A DNA stretch of 64,000 nucleotides from Gaiellaceae bacterium (GTDB lineage: Bacteria > Actinomycetota > Thermoleophilia > Gaiellales > Gaiellaceae), in the NCBI GenBank assembly GCA_035762005.1, contig DASTQA010000051.1:633-64632 (forward strand), written 5' to 3'. Position numbers and translations under genes: made by a program. The notes under the pieces were generated by a model. That model made no database searches, had not been told where the DNA came from, and worked only from the letters and a program-made list of their open reading frames with translations. Positions 28,320 to 36,608 of this stretch are shown one piece after another. Each line of letters opens with the position of its first letter. Positions within the stretch are counted from its first letter, which is position 1.

Positions 28320-30416
28320 CTAGGAGCGCGGGCAGGCGCGCGCGTCCGGGCGGTACACGGGCTCGCCGGCGCGCACGCTGACGAAGCGGCCGCCCGCGCT
28401 GCCGGTCGAGGGGGCCGCGAAGGTCGCGCGCCAGACGCCTTCCGCGCACGCGGGGAACGAGACCGCGCGCGGCGCTCCCGGGGCGACGACGACCTCCTCC
28501 TCGACACCGCCGGGAAGCTCGAAGCTCACCGCCACGCGGGGTGAGCCCTCGGGCGCGGTCAGGCGGAAGGAGACGACGCCCGCGAGGCCGTCCGCCGGCG
28601 TGTCCGGCCAGACCCGGATCGTTCCGTGGAGACCGAGCCACCCGTCCGCGTAGCGCCCGTCGGCGTAGAGCGCGAGCCGCTGCGGTCCCCGGGAGCGGAC
28701 GAGGCGGTAGACGGGTGCCGAGGCGACCTCCTCGGAGTCTCGGAAGCGCAGCGTGTCGCTGAAGCCGTCGGCCACGAGCGGCCTCGTCACCGGCTTCCCC
28801 CCGGCGAGGAGCGTGCCGTCCGGGGCGATCGTGAGCCGTGTGGCCGCGAACGCGTCCGGAGGCTGGGCCCCGGGAAGCAGGTAGACGGCCTCGACCGAGC
28901 GGTTCCAGAAGAGGTACTCCGACGCGGTCCCGCGGTCGCTCGTCCTCGTCTGGAGCATGGCCGAGCCCTCCACCCCGGAGCGGTCGACGAACGAGGGCTG
29001 CGGCCCGAGAGTGTCCCGCCGGATCCGCTCGGCGTTCGTCAGCGTGAACGAGACGGCCGCGGCGGACACGGTCGCCGAGACGGCGAGCGCGAGCCCGAGC
29101 GCGACCGGCGTCGCCGTGCCAGGCCGGCGCGTCGTCGCGACGACGACCGCCAGGAGGAGCGTCACGCCGAGAGCGAGGACGAGCGAGGCGAGGCCGACGT
29201 CGCCGAGGAGCTGCTCGAGGCGCGCCATGGCGAAGAGCGTCGGCGCGCTCGTCTTCCCGTCGCCCGCCGCGTAGCCGGAGAGCGGGACGCGGGCGGCCAC
29301 GGCGACGAGGCCGGCGGCGAGGGCGCCGTGCGCGAGCCGGTGGGGCCAGCCGCGGGAGGCGTAGAGGGCGAAGGCGATGCCGACGAGCGGCACGGCGTAG
29401 AAGAAGTAGCGCTCCTGCACCCGGCCCTCGAGCCCGTACGCGGCCGCCTCGAGGACGAGCGCGACCACGATCGCCGCGGCGAGCGCCCCGAAGGCGAGCT
29501 CCTCCCGGGAGCGCGGACGCCGCAGCGCCAGCCAGAGCCCGAGCACGGCACCGGGCGCGAGGACGACCCCCGAGGCGTAGACGAGCATCATCGCGTCCAC
29601 GCCGACCCAGCGGGCCATGGCGACGGAGGCGACGTCGAGGTCGAGGACGCCCTCGTAGAAGCCGAGCGCGCGGCTGGGGCCGACGGCGAGGAGCGCGACG
29701 GCCGGGAGCGCGACGACCCCGACGGCGATCGCCTGCTCCCGCAGCGCGGCGCGCAGCCGCCGCTCCCGGAGGCCGACGGCGACGACGGCGGCGAGGAAGC
29801 AGAGCGGGAGGACGGCGAACTGGACGCGCGCGAACGCGGCGAGACCCGCCAGGGCGAGGAACCCGACCTGGGCTCGCCGGCCCGGTCGGGCGAGAGCGGC
29901 GACGCCCGCGAGCACGGCGGCGAGCGCGAGCGGGTAGGCGATCGGCTCGGCGAGGACGAACCCGCTGTAGAGGACGTCCGGCACGACCAGTGCGAGTGCC
30001 GCGAGGACGAGGGCGAGCCTCGATCCGAGTCCGACGCGGCGGGCGAGGAGGAAGACGGGGACCGCGGCGAGCGACATGAGCAGCGCCCCGAGCGTCTGGA
30101 CGATCCGGAAGGACGTCTCGACGTCGTCGACGAGCCAGGCAGGGGCCGTCAGGATCGGCTGCAGGAGCGCCGGGAAGTCGGCGGAGGCGTCGCGGACGAG
30201 CGGGCGCCCGCCCTCGACGAGCGTGCGGGCCAGCTCGGCGTAGATGTACTCGTCCGGGAAGAAGGTCGGCGTCGCGCGCAGCCAGGCGAGCCCGGCACGG
30301 AGGCCGAAGCTCGCGGCGACGAGGGCGGCGAGGGCCGGTGCGGCGCCGAGGCCGACGCGCGCGAGCACGGCTCGGCGCGCCTGCACCCGTGGCGTCGTGC
30401 GGGCGGCGACGGACAC
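28320..30416 (-). CDS. GT-C fold membrane glycosyltransferase (ArnT/PMT-like) with C-terminal extracytoplasmic domain
   Basis: 698 aa. FFPDEYIY motif in the first loop, about 11 TM helices, about 250-aa soluble C-terminus. Confidence 0.7.
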   Translation of the reverse strand: MSVAARTTPRVQARRAVLARVGLGAAPALAALVAASFGLRAGLAWLRATPTFFPDEYIYAELARTLVEGGRPLVRDASADFPALLQPILTAPAWLVDDVETSFRIVQTLGALLMSLAAVPVFLLARRVGLGSRLALVLAALALVVPDVLYSGFVLAEPIAYPLALAAVLAGVAALARPGRRAQVGFLALAGLAAFARVQFAVLPLCFLAAVVAVGLRERRLRAALREQAIAVGVVALPAVALLAVGPSRALGFYEGVLDLDVASVAMARWVGVDAMMLVYASGVVLAPGAVLGLWLALRRPRSREELAFGALAAAIVVALVLEAAAYGLEGRVQERYFFYAVPLVGIAFALYASRGWPHRLAHGALAAGLVAVAARVPLSGYAAGDGKTSAPTLFAMARLEQLLGDVGLASLVLALGVTLLLAVVVATTRRPGTATPVALGLALAVSATVSAAAVSFTLTNAERIRRDTLGPQPSFVDRSGVEGSAMLQTRTSDRGTASEYLFWNRSVEAVYLLPGAQPPDAFAATRLTIAPDGTLLAGGKPVTRPLVADGFSDTLRFRDSEEVASAPVYRLVRSRGPQRLALYADGRYADGWLGLHGTIRVWPDTPADGLAGVVSFRLTAPEGSPRVAVSFELPGGVEEEVVVAPGAPRAVSFPACAEGVWRATFAAPSTGSAGGRFVSVRAGEPVYRPDARACPRS

Positions 30417-30546
30417 GGTGTCTCTATCGGCGGCCCGCGGGCGAGCGTTAGCGCGAGACGCGTCCGTCCGGAGGCCCCGGCCGGGCCCGGCCGCCGAGGC
30501 CGGCTCTTACGATTCCGTCATGATCCGCGCGCCACGCGCGTGGAGC

Positions 30547-30585
30547 TCCTCGTGACGCTCGAAGCGGGTGGAGGCGCGGGGTGGC
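30547..30585 (+). repeat. 39-nt direct repeat, copy 2
   Basis: TCCTCGTGACGCTCGAAGCGGGTGGAGGCgCGGGGtGGC, in the intergenic region upstream of the GT-C gene. Confidence 0.85.
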
Positions 30586-30611
30586 TCCGGAGCGGACGCT
30601 GTCGGGCGCCG

Positions 30612-30797
30612 CTACTCGGCGGGCTCGACACGATCCTGCTCCTCGACCGCCTGGAAAGCGACGAAGAGCCGGCAGTGCGGGCACTTGAAGCCGCGGTTTC
30701 GCTCCGACTCCCCGCCCAGCATGTCGGCCTGGAACGACTTCCCACAGTGAGGGCAGTCGACCTGGAAGCTCTCGCCGGTCTTCGGAGGAGTCGTCAC
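30612..30797 (-). CDS. small zinc-ribbon protein
   Basis: 61 aa with CPHCGK...CPHCRL (two CxxC pairs) and non-shadow composition. Confidence 0.5.
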   Translation of the reverse strand: MTTPPKTGESFQVDCPHCGKSFQADMLGGESERNRGFKCPHCRLFVAFQAVEEQDRVEPAE

Positions 30798-30816
30798 CCG
30801 CGTCCAAGGTTAGCCT

Positions 30817-32178
30817 GTGGCCGTGAGCCCGCAGCGCCGGATCGCGCTCGTCTCGGTCGCGGCCGCGCTCGTCCTCATCGCCGTCAAGCTCGGCACCGGC
30901 CTCGCCACCGGCAGCCTCGGCCTCCTCTCCGAGGCGGCGCACTCGGGAACCGACCTCGTGGCCGCCCTCCTGACGCTCTTCGCCGTCGGCGTGGCCGGGC
31001 GCCCGGCCGACCCGAACCATCCGTACGGGCACGGGAAGGCGGAGCACCTCGCCGCGCTCGCCGAGGCCTCGATCCTCGTCGTGATCTCGCTCGGCATCGC
31101 GTACGTGGCCATCCGCCGCCTGGCGGAGGGGACGGGCGACGTGGAGGCGACGTGGTACGCGCTGCTCGTCCTCGTCGTCGTCATCGTCATCGACGCGAGC
31201 CGGACGGCGGTGTCGCTGCGTGCCGCCCGCCGGTTCCGCAGCCCGGCGTTCGGCGCGAGCGCGCTCCACTTCGGCAGCGACCTGGCCGGGTCGAGCGCGG
31301 TCCTCGCAGGCCTGCTCGCGGCGCGGGCCGGCTATCCGGAGGGGGACGCCGCGGCCGCGCTCTTCGTCGCCGTCCTCGTCCTCGCCGCCGCCGGGCGACT
31401 CATCGGCCTCAACGTCGACGTCCTCATGGACCGCGCGCCCGACGACGCCTCCGAGGCGGCCAGGCGCGCCATCGAGGCCCTCGGGCCCGGGGTCGTCCTC
31501 CAGCGGCTGCGGATGCGGCGCGCCGCCGGCAGGCACTTCGCCGACGTCGTCATCGGCGTGCCGCCGGACGAGGCCGTGGGACAGGGCCACGCAGCCGCGG
31601 ACGCGGTCGAGGAGGCCGTCGAGCAGGCGGTGCCCGACTCCGACGTCGTCGTCCACGTCGAGCCGGCGGACGCGGAGGCCGGGGCCCGGGAGCGTGCCCT
31701 CGCCGCCGCGCTCCGCGTCCCGGGCGTGCGCGAGGTGCACAACGTCTCCGTGCTGGCGGTCGGGGAGCGGACCGAGATCTCCCTCCACCTGAAGCTGCCC
31801 GGGTCGCTGACGCTCGCCGAGGCCCACGAGGTGGCGACGCACGTCGAGCGGGAGATCGCCGCCGCGGTCCCGGAGGTCGACGACGTGCAGACGCACCTCG
31901 AGCCGCTCGCAGAGCCCGCGAGCGTCCGCTCGATTCCCTCGCGCGACCTCGAGGCGGAATCGGCCGCGGTCCGCCGGATCGTGCGCGAGACGACCGGCGC
32001 GGATCCGCGCCGGCTGCGCTTCCTCGCCACGGAGCGCGGCGTGGTCGCGTTCCTCACGCTCGCGATGGAGCCCGACCGCGCGCTCGCCGAGGCCCACGCG
32101 CGGGCGTCCGAGGTCGAGGAGCGCATCCGGCGCCACCGCCCGGAGATCACCGACGTGATCGTCCACACGGAGCCGTAG
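30817..32178 (+). CDS. cation diffusion facilitator transporter with three tandem C-terminal cytoplasmic domains
   Basis: TM2 HSGTDLVA and TM5 HFGSDLAG metal-site motifs. Three successive segments of about 75 aa each end in VHVEP, THLEP and VHTEP. Confidence 0.85.
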   Translation: MAVSPQRRIALVSVAAALVLIAVKLGTGLATGSLGLLSEAAHSGTDLVAALLTLFAVGVAGRPADPNHPYGHGKAEHLAALAEASILVVISLGIAYVAIRRLAEGTGDVEATWYALLVLVVVIVIDASRTAVSLRAARRFRSPAFGASALHFGSDLAGSSAVLAGLLAARAGYPEGDAAAALFVAVLVLAAAGRLIGLNVDVLMDRAPDDASEAARRAIEALGPGVVLQRLRMRRAAGRHFADVVIGVPPDEAVGQGHAAADAVEEAVEQAVPDSDVVVHVEPADAEAGARERALAAALRVPGVREVHNVSVLAVGERTEISLHLKLPGSLTLAEAHEVATHVEREIAAAVPEVDDVQTHLEPLAEPASVRSIPSRDLEAESAAVRRIVRETTGADPRRLRFLATERGVVAFLTLAMEPDRALAEAHARASEVEERIRRHRPEITDVIVHTEP

Positions 32179-32242
32179 CGGAGGTCGGGAAGCCCCGGTT
32201 GCGGCCCGCGCTCGAGACCCTCGGAGGGCGGGGCGCGGGCAG

Positions 32243-32324
32243 TGGGGGAGGTAGGATTCGAACCTACGAAGGCTGAGCCAACGGGTTTACAGCCCGTCCC
32301 CTTTGGCCACTCGGGAACTCCCCC
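32243..32324 (-). tRNA. tRNA-Tyr: tRNA-Tyr (anticodon GTA), type II long variable arm, CCA not encoded
   Basis: Hand-folded sequence GGGGGAG-TT-CCCGAGTGGCCAAAGGG-G-ACGGG-CTGTAAA-CCCGT-TGGCTCAGCCTTC-GTAGGTTCGAATCCTAC-CTCCCCC-A. Confidence 0.9.
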
Positions 32325-32379
32325 GCGGCGGCAACCAGTGTAGCCGAGCGGGGCGTCCCGCCTCATCACCCGTTCGAGC

Positions 32380-32408
32380 TAAAGCGGCCTCGCAGGCCCG
32401 GCCGATAG
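32380..32408 (+). promoter_or_regulatory. sigma-28-type promoter candidate (TAAA-N17-GCCGATAG) for pilT-1
   Basis: GCCGATAG at 32401-32408, 14 nt upstream of ATG 32423. TAAA at 32380-32383. Confidence 0.5.
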
Positions 32409-32422
32409 CCGGAGTCGGCGTC

Positions 32423-33625
32423 ATGAACCTCGACGAGCTGCTGGCACGCGTCATCGACGCGGGAGGAAGCGACCTTCACCTCAAGGTGTCGTCTCCGGCC
32501 ATGGTCCGCGTGGACGGCGACCTCCACCCGCTCGAGGAGCGCCTCCTCACCGACTCCGACCTCGACACGGTCCTCCTGCTCGTGACCGAGCGCTCCCCCG
32601 CGAAGCGGGAGCAGTTCTACGAGAGCGGCGACCTGGACACGTCCTACCTGGCCGACGGGACCGGCCGCTTCCGCGTGAACGGCTTCCGCCAGCGCGGGTC
32701 GATCTCGTTCGCCTTCCGCTTCGTGCCCAAGGAGATCCCGAGCTTCGAGAAGCTCGGCCTCCCGCCGGGCGTCGGCAAGCTCGCCGAGGAGCACCGCGGG
32801 CTCGTCCTCGTCACCGGCGCGACCGGCTCGGGGAAGTCGACGACGCTCGCGGCGATGGTCAACTCGATCAACCGGCGGCGCAAGCAGCACATCGTCACGA
32901 TCGAGGACCCGATCGAGTTCATCCACGACGACTGGCTCTCGATCGTGAACCAGCGCGAGGTGGGCCTCGACACCGAGTCGTTCAGGCAGGCCCTGCGCCG
33001 TGTGCTGCGGCAGGACCCCGACGTCATCCTCATCGGCGAGCTCCGCGACGAGGAGACCGCCCAGACAGCCCTCCAGGCGGCCGAGTCCGGCCACCTCGTC
33101 TTCTCGACGCTCCACACGCTCGACGCCGCCGAGACGATCGGCCGGCTCGTCGAGTTCTTCCCGCCCCAGAAGCAGCAGATGATCCGCGAGATCATCGCCG
33201 GCGTCCTCCGCGGCGTCGTCAGCCAGCGGCTGCTCCCGCGCAAGGACGGCGGCCGGGTGGCGGCCGTCGAGGTGATGGCCGTGACGGCGCGGATCGCCGA
33301 CCTGATCCGCGAGCCGGAGAAGACGCACGGGATCACGGAGGCGATCGAAGAAGGCGCCTACCACCTCATGCAGAGCTTCTCCCAGCACCTCGTCGAGCTC
33401 GTCGTCGAGGACGTCGTCGACCTCGACGTCGCGGCGGCGGCCGCGACGAACCGGCACGACTTCGAGATCGCGGTCGACCAGGCCCTTCGCCGCAAGCGCG
33501 TCGCCGAGGACGCCCCGTCCGCCGAGGGCGGCTCCCCGGGCGGCGACGGGGACGACGCGGCCGTTCCCTCCGACCACGACGAGCACCCCGTGCCCGGCCT
33601 GCGGCTCGCGTCCTCGGACCGATGA
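32423..33625 (+). CDS. pilT: type IV pilus retraction ATPase PilT (copy 1)
   Basis: MNLDELLARVIDAGGSDLHL, Walker A GATGSGKSTT, EDPIEF, GELRD, AESGHLVFSTLHT. Confidence 0.9.
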   Translation: MNLDELLARVIDAGGSDLHLKVSSPAMVRVDGDLHPLEERLLTDSDLDTVLLLVTERSPAKREQFYESGDLDTSYLADGTGRFRVNGFRQRGSISFAFRFVPKEIPSFEKLGLPPGVGKLAEEHRGLVLVTGATGSGKSTTLAAMVNSINRRRKQHIVTIEDPIEFIHDDWLSIVNQREVGLDTESFRQALRRVLRQDPDVILIGELRDEETAQTALQAAESGHLVFSTLHTLDAAETIGRLVEFFPPQKQQMIREIIAGVLRGVVSQRLLPRKDGGRVAAVEVMAVTARIADLIREPEKTHGITEAIEEGAYHLMQSFSQHLVELVVEDVVDLDVAAAAATNRHDFEIAVDQALRRKRVAEDAPSAEGGSPGGDGDDAAVPSDHDEHPVPGLRLASSDR

Positions 33626-35061
33626 GGCGCGCCCTCCCGGGCATCGTGGCCGTGCTCGTGGCGGCCGTCCTGCCGGCGACCGCCCCGGCCCAGGCCCCGC
33701 TGCCGAGCTTCACGCAGCCGAACGGGCCCGGGTCGATCACCGTGCCGTTCAACCTCTCGACGCCGCCGGACCGCCCGGCCGTCCGCTCGTACGAGCAGCT
33801 GCTCGCCCTCTGGCAGAGCGCAGGTCAGGCGTACGGCGTGCCCTGGCAGGTCCTCGCGGCGATCAACGAGATCGAGTCGAACTTCGGCCAGAACATGGGC
33901 CCCAGCTCGGCGGGGGCGCTCGGCTGGATGCAGTTCATCCCCTCGACCTGGATGCGCTGGGGCACGGACGCGGACGGCGACGGCGTCGCCGACCCGTGGG
34001 ACCCCGAGGACGCGGTCTTCTCGGCCGCGCGGTACCTCGCCGCGGCGGGCGCGCACGAGGACCTCGAGCGAGCGATCTACGCCTACAACCACGCCCAGTG
34101 GTACGTGGACGACGTGCTCGAGCGCGCCGCGCTCTTCGGGGACGACCCGCTCGCGCCCGGCACGGGGCGGCTCGTCTTCGCCGCCTCGGACGTCGAGCGC
34201 AGGCTCCGGGACGCGCGCCGCGACGTGGCGCGCCTCGGGCGCGCCCTGAGGACGCTCGACCGTCGGGCCGCAGGCCTGGGCGAGGCCCGCCTTCCCCTCG
34301 AGCGCCGCGCGGGCGACCCGTCGCTCGGCGAGGCCGAGTTCCGGGAGATCCAGGCACGCCTCGAGCGCGCCGACGCGTTCGAGGCGACCGCGGCCGAGCG
34401 GCGCGCCCGGCTCGACTCCCGGCTCGCCCGGGCCGTCAGTCGCGTCGAGGCGCTCGAGCAGGAGCGGGGCGCCGCCGCGCTCTCCGCGCCGGCCCCGTGG
34501 GCGGGCGGAGTCCCCGAGCCGATCGGCGGCTACGTCTTCCCGGTCGGGGGCGGGCCCGAGGCCGTCTCGGTCGCCCACGTCCACCACGACTACCCCGCGG
34601 CCGACATCGCCGCGCCCGAGGGCTCGCCGCTCTACGCGCTCGCCGACGCGACGGTCGTCGCGACGTTCCCCGAGGACGAGGGCAGGTGCGGAATCGGCCT
34701 GAAGCTGCTCGTCGAGGGCGGCGCCGCGTTCATCTACTGCCACCTCTCGTACCTCGAGCCGCACGTCGTCCCCGGGGCGGCGCTCGCCGCCGGCGCCCCC
34801 GTCGGCCTCGTGGGCTCGACCGGGAACTCGACCGGCCCCCACCTCCACCTCGCCTTCGACCCGGCTCTCGCCTACCCGCAGGAGGAGCCGTGGTTCGAGC
34901 GGTTCGCCGGCACGGCGTTCAGCTGGCAGGACGCGCCCACCCCGGAGCGCCCGCGCGCCGCGCGGCCCCGGCCGGCGCGCGCGACCGCGCCGGCCGCGGT
35001 GCCTCCCGAGCGGGTCTTCCGGGTCGTGCGAACGCGCGTCGTCCGCTTCTCGCGCGGCTAG
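33622..35061 (+). CDS. secreted lytic transglycosylase - coiled coil - M23 (LytM) peptidase fusion
   Basis: Signal peptide. Transglycosylase-like region AAINEIESNFGQN...GWMQFIPSTW. Arg/Ala/Glu-rich linker. M23 motifs HHDYPAADI and GNSTGPHLHL. Its ATG overlaps the pilT-1 stop. Confidence 0.8.
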   Translation: MRRALPGIVAVLVAAVLPATAPAQAPLPSFTQPNGPGSITVPFNLSTPPDRPAVRSYEQLLALWQSAGQAYGVPWQVLAAINEIESNFGQNMGPSSAGALGWMQFIPSTWMRWGTDADGDGVADPWDPEDAVFSAARYLAAAGAHEDLERAIYAYNHAQWYVDDVLERAALFGDDPLAPGTGRLVFAASDVERRLRDARRDVARLGRALRTLDRRAAGLGEARLPLERRAGDPSLGEAEFREIQARLERADAFEATAAERRARLDSRLARAVSRVEALEQERGAAALSAPAPWAGGVPEPIGGYVFPVGGGPEAVSVAHVHHDYPAADIAAPEGSPLYALADATVVATFPEDEGRCGIGLKLLVEGGAAFIYCHLSYLEPHVVPGAALAAGAPVGLVGSTGNSTGPHLHLAFDPALAYPQEEPWFERFAGTAFSWQDAPTPERPRAARPRPARATAPAAVPPERVFRVVRTRVVRFSRG

Positions 35062-35071
35062 GCGGTCGGTC

Positions 35072-35099
35072 TTGACCTTTGCTGCGAGGATGCCGATGG
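35072..35099 (+). promoter_or_regulatory. sigma-28-type promoter candidate (TTGA-N16-GCCGATGG)
   Basis: The box ends 7 nt upstream of ATG 35107, which implies a leaderless or near-leaderless mRNA. Confidence 0.4.
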
Positions 35100-35106
35100 A
35101 AGGGGC

Positions 35107-36012
35107 ATGGCGGCCCGACTGACCATGCTCCTGCCCAGGCTCGCGGCGCTCGTCGTGATCTGGCTGCTCGCGGCCGCGAGCTTCACGTTCGCGGCCGGGG
35201 GCGAGGAGCCCGTCCCGAGCGCCGGCGAGGCTGCTGCCGGACCGGAGAGGCCGGAGGCGCTCGTCGTGCCCGACGTCCGCCGCCAGGCCTACGTCTTCGC
35301 CAAGGGCATCCTCCAGGACGCCGGCTTCGCCTGGCGCGTCGAGGGGCCGGTCGACGGCTACTCCGCGAACACGGTCGCCGTCCAGACCCCCGCGCCGGGC
35401 GCGAAGGTCGTCGACAACGGTGCCCCGACGATCGTCCTCCGCCTCGAGCGGAACGGCGACTACCCCGAGCGCGGCCTGCCCGAGAACCGCTCGCGGGGCG
35501 GGGGCACGCCGGTCGTCCTCCTCCGCGACTGGCTGCGCGCCCATCCGTCGGTCCCCGCCGCCGAGACCGAGGCCATGGAGACCGCTCCCGCCGAGACCGC
35601 GCCCGCGCCGACGACGACCGAGGCGCCGCCCGCGACGACCGAGGCGCCGCCCGCGACGACCGCGGCGGAGCCGCCGCCGGCCCCCGACGACGAGCAGGCC
35701 TACCGCCGCCCCGCCTTCGAGGTCGAGGGGGCTCCGCGCGAGCCGGCCGACGAGATGCCGCTCCCCGAGCGGGCCCGCATGCTCGAGCGCCGGCTGCTCG
35801 GCGCCGGGAAGCCCGGCAGGAGCCTCGTTCGCTTCTGGCTCTACCAGCACTCCTGGATCGTCACCGGCGCCCGCTTCGGGTGGAAGGACGGAGACGACGC
35901 GCTCCGGATCCTCGTCCGCCTCGACGAGCGCCTCGAGCGGCGCTACGGCTTCGGCGGCAAGAGCGCCGTGACCGCGCGCCGCGCGCTCGCGGACGTCCGC
36001 AGGCTGGGCTGA
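35107..36012 (+). CDS. membrane-anchored PASTA-domain protein
   Basis: N-terminal TM/signal sequence. PASTA-like unit VPDVRRQAYVFAKGILQDAGF...VVDNGAPTIVLRL. Pro/Thr/Ala linker with a tandem repeat. Conserved-looking C-terminal domain. Confidence 0.65.
   Translation: MAARLTMLLPRLAALVVIWLLAAASFTFAAGGEEPVPSAGEAAAGPERPEALVVPDVRRQAYVFAKGILQDAGFAWRVEGPVDGYSANTVAVQTPAPGAKVVDNGAPTIVLRLERNGDYPERGLPENRSRGGGTPVVLLRDWLRAHPSVPAAETEAMETAPAETAPAPTTTEAPPATTEAPPATTAAEPPPAPDDEQAYRRPAFEVEGAPREPADEMPLPERARMLERRLLGAGKPGRSLVRFWLYQHSWIVTGARFGWKDGDDALRILVRLDERLERRYGFGGKSAVTARRALADVRRLG
35614..35661 (+). repeat. 21-bp tandem repeat (2.3 copies) inside the PASTA-protein linker
   Basis: ACGACCGAGGCGCCGCCCGCG occurs twice exactly, then partially. 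Encodes TTEAPPATTEAPPATT. Confidence 0.85.
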
Positions 36013-36590
36013 TGGCCGGGCGGCGGCTCGCCGGGGGCCCGAGGGGCGAGGCCGGCTACACGCTGATCGAGCTGCTCGCGGTCCTCGCCATCTTCCTGAC
36101 GATCGCGACGGCGCTGACGACCCTCTTCGTCTCGGGCTCGCGGGCAGAGCTGGACGCGAACCGCCGCTTCGAGGCCCAGCAGAACGCCCGCGTCGCGCTC
36201 GACAGGCTGCGGCGGGAGCTCCACTGCTCGAGCGGGGTCACGAACCTCGACGGGAGCGCGCTCACGCCCGTTCCGGTGGCCGCGATCCGCGTCACGCTGC
36301 CCTCGCACTGCCCGACCGCGAACGGCGCCACGGCCGTCGTCGACTACGAGACGGTCGCCGCGGGCACGGGGCGCTGGAAGCTGACCCGGACCCAGAACGG
36401 GGGCACGGCGATCCCCCTCGCGGACTACGTCGTGCAGGGCACCGTGTTCACGTACACGGCCCAGTCCGCCACCTCGCGCGCGCTCCTCCACGTCGACCTG
36501 CCGGTGAACGTCGACCCGAACGAGGGATGGAAGGCCTGGCGCCTCGTTGACGACATCGTCCTCAGGAACACCCTCCGCCAGGACCCCTAG
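36012..36590 (+). CDS. prepilin-type minor pilin (PilW/FimT-like)
   Basis: ATG at 36012 overlaps the upstream stop. Class III signal GEAG/YTLIELLAVLAIFL with Glu at +5. Confidence 0.8.
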   Translation: MAGRRLAGGPRGEAGYTLIELLAVLAIFLTIATALTTLFVSGSRAELDANRRFEAQQNARVALDRLRRELHCSSGVTNLDGSALTPVPVAAIRVTLPSHCPTANGATAVVDYETVAAGTGRWKLTRTQNGGTAIPLADYVVQGTVFTYTAQSATSRALLHVDLPVNVDPNEGWKAWRLVDDIVLRNTLRQDP

Positions 36591-36608
36591 GCGGAGCGGA
36601 CCGACGAC

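Noticed and set aside
32243-32324. tRNA-Tyr as an integration hotspot or genomic-island boundary for the adjacent pilus locus.
   Set aside because: There is no integrase, no direct repeat of the tRNA 3' end and no mobility gene nearby. The flanking genes have the same composition, apart from the adhesin-like ORF.
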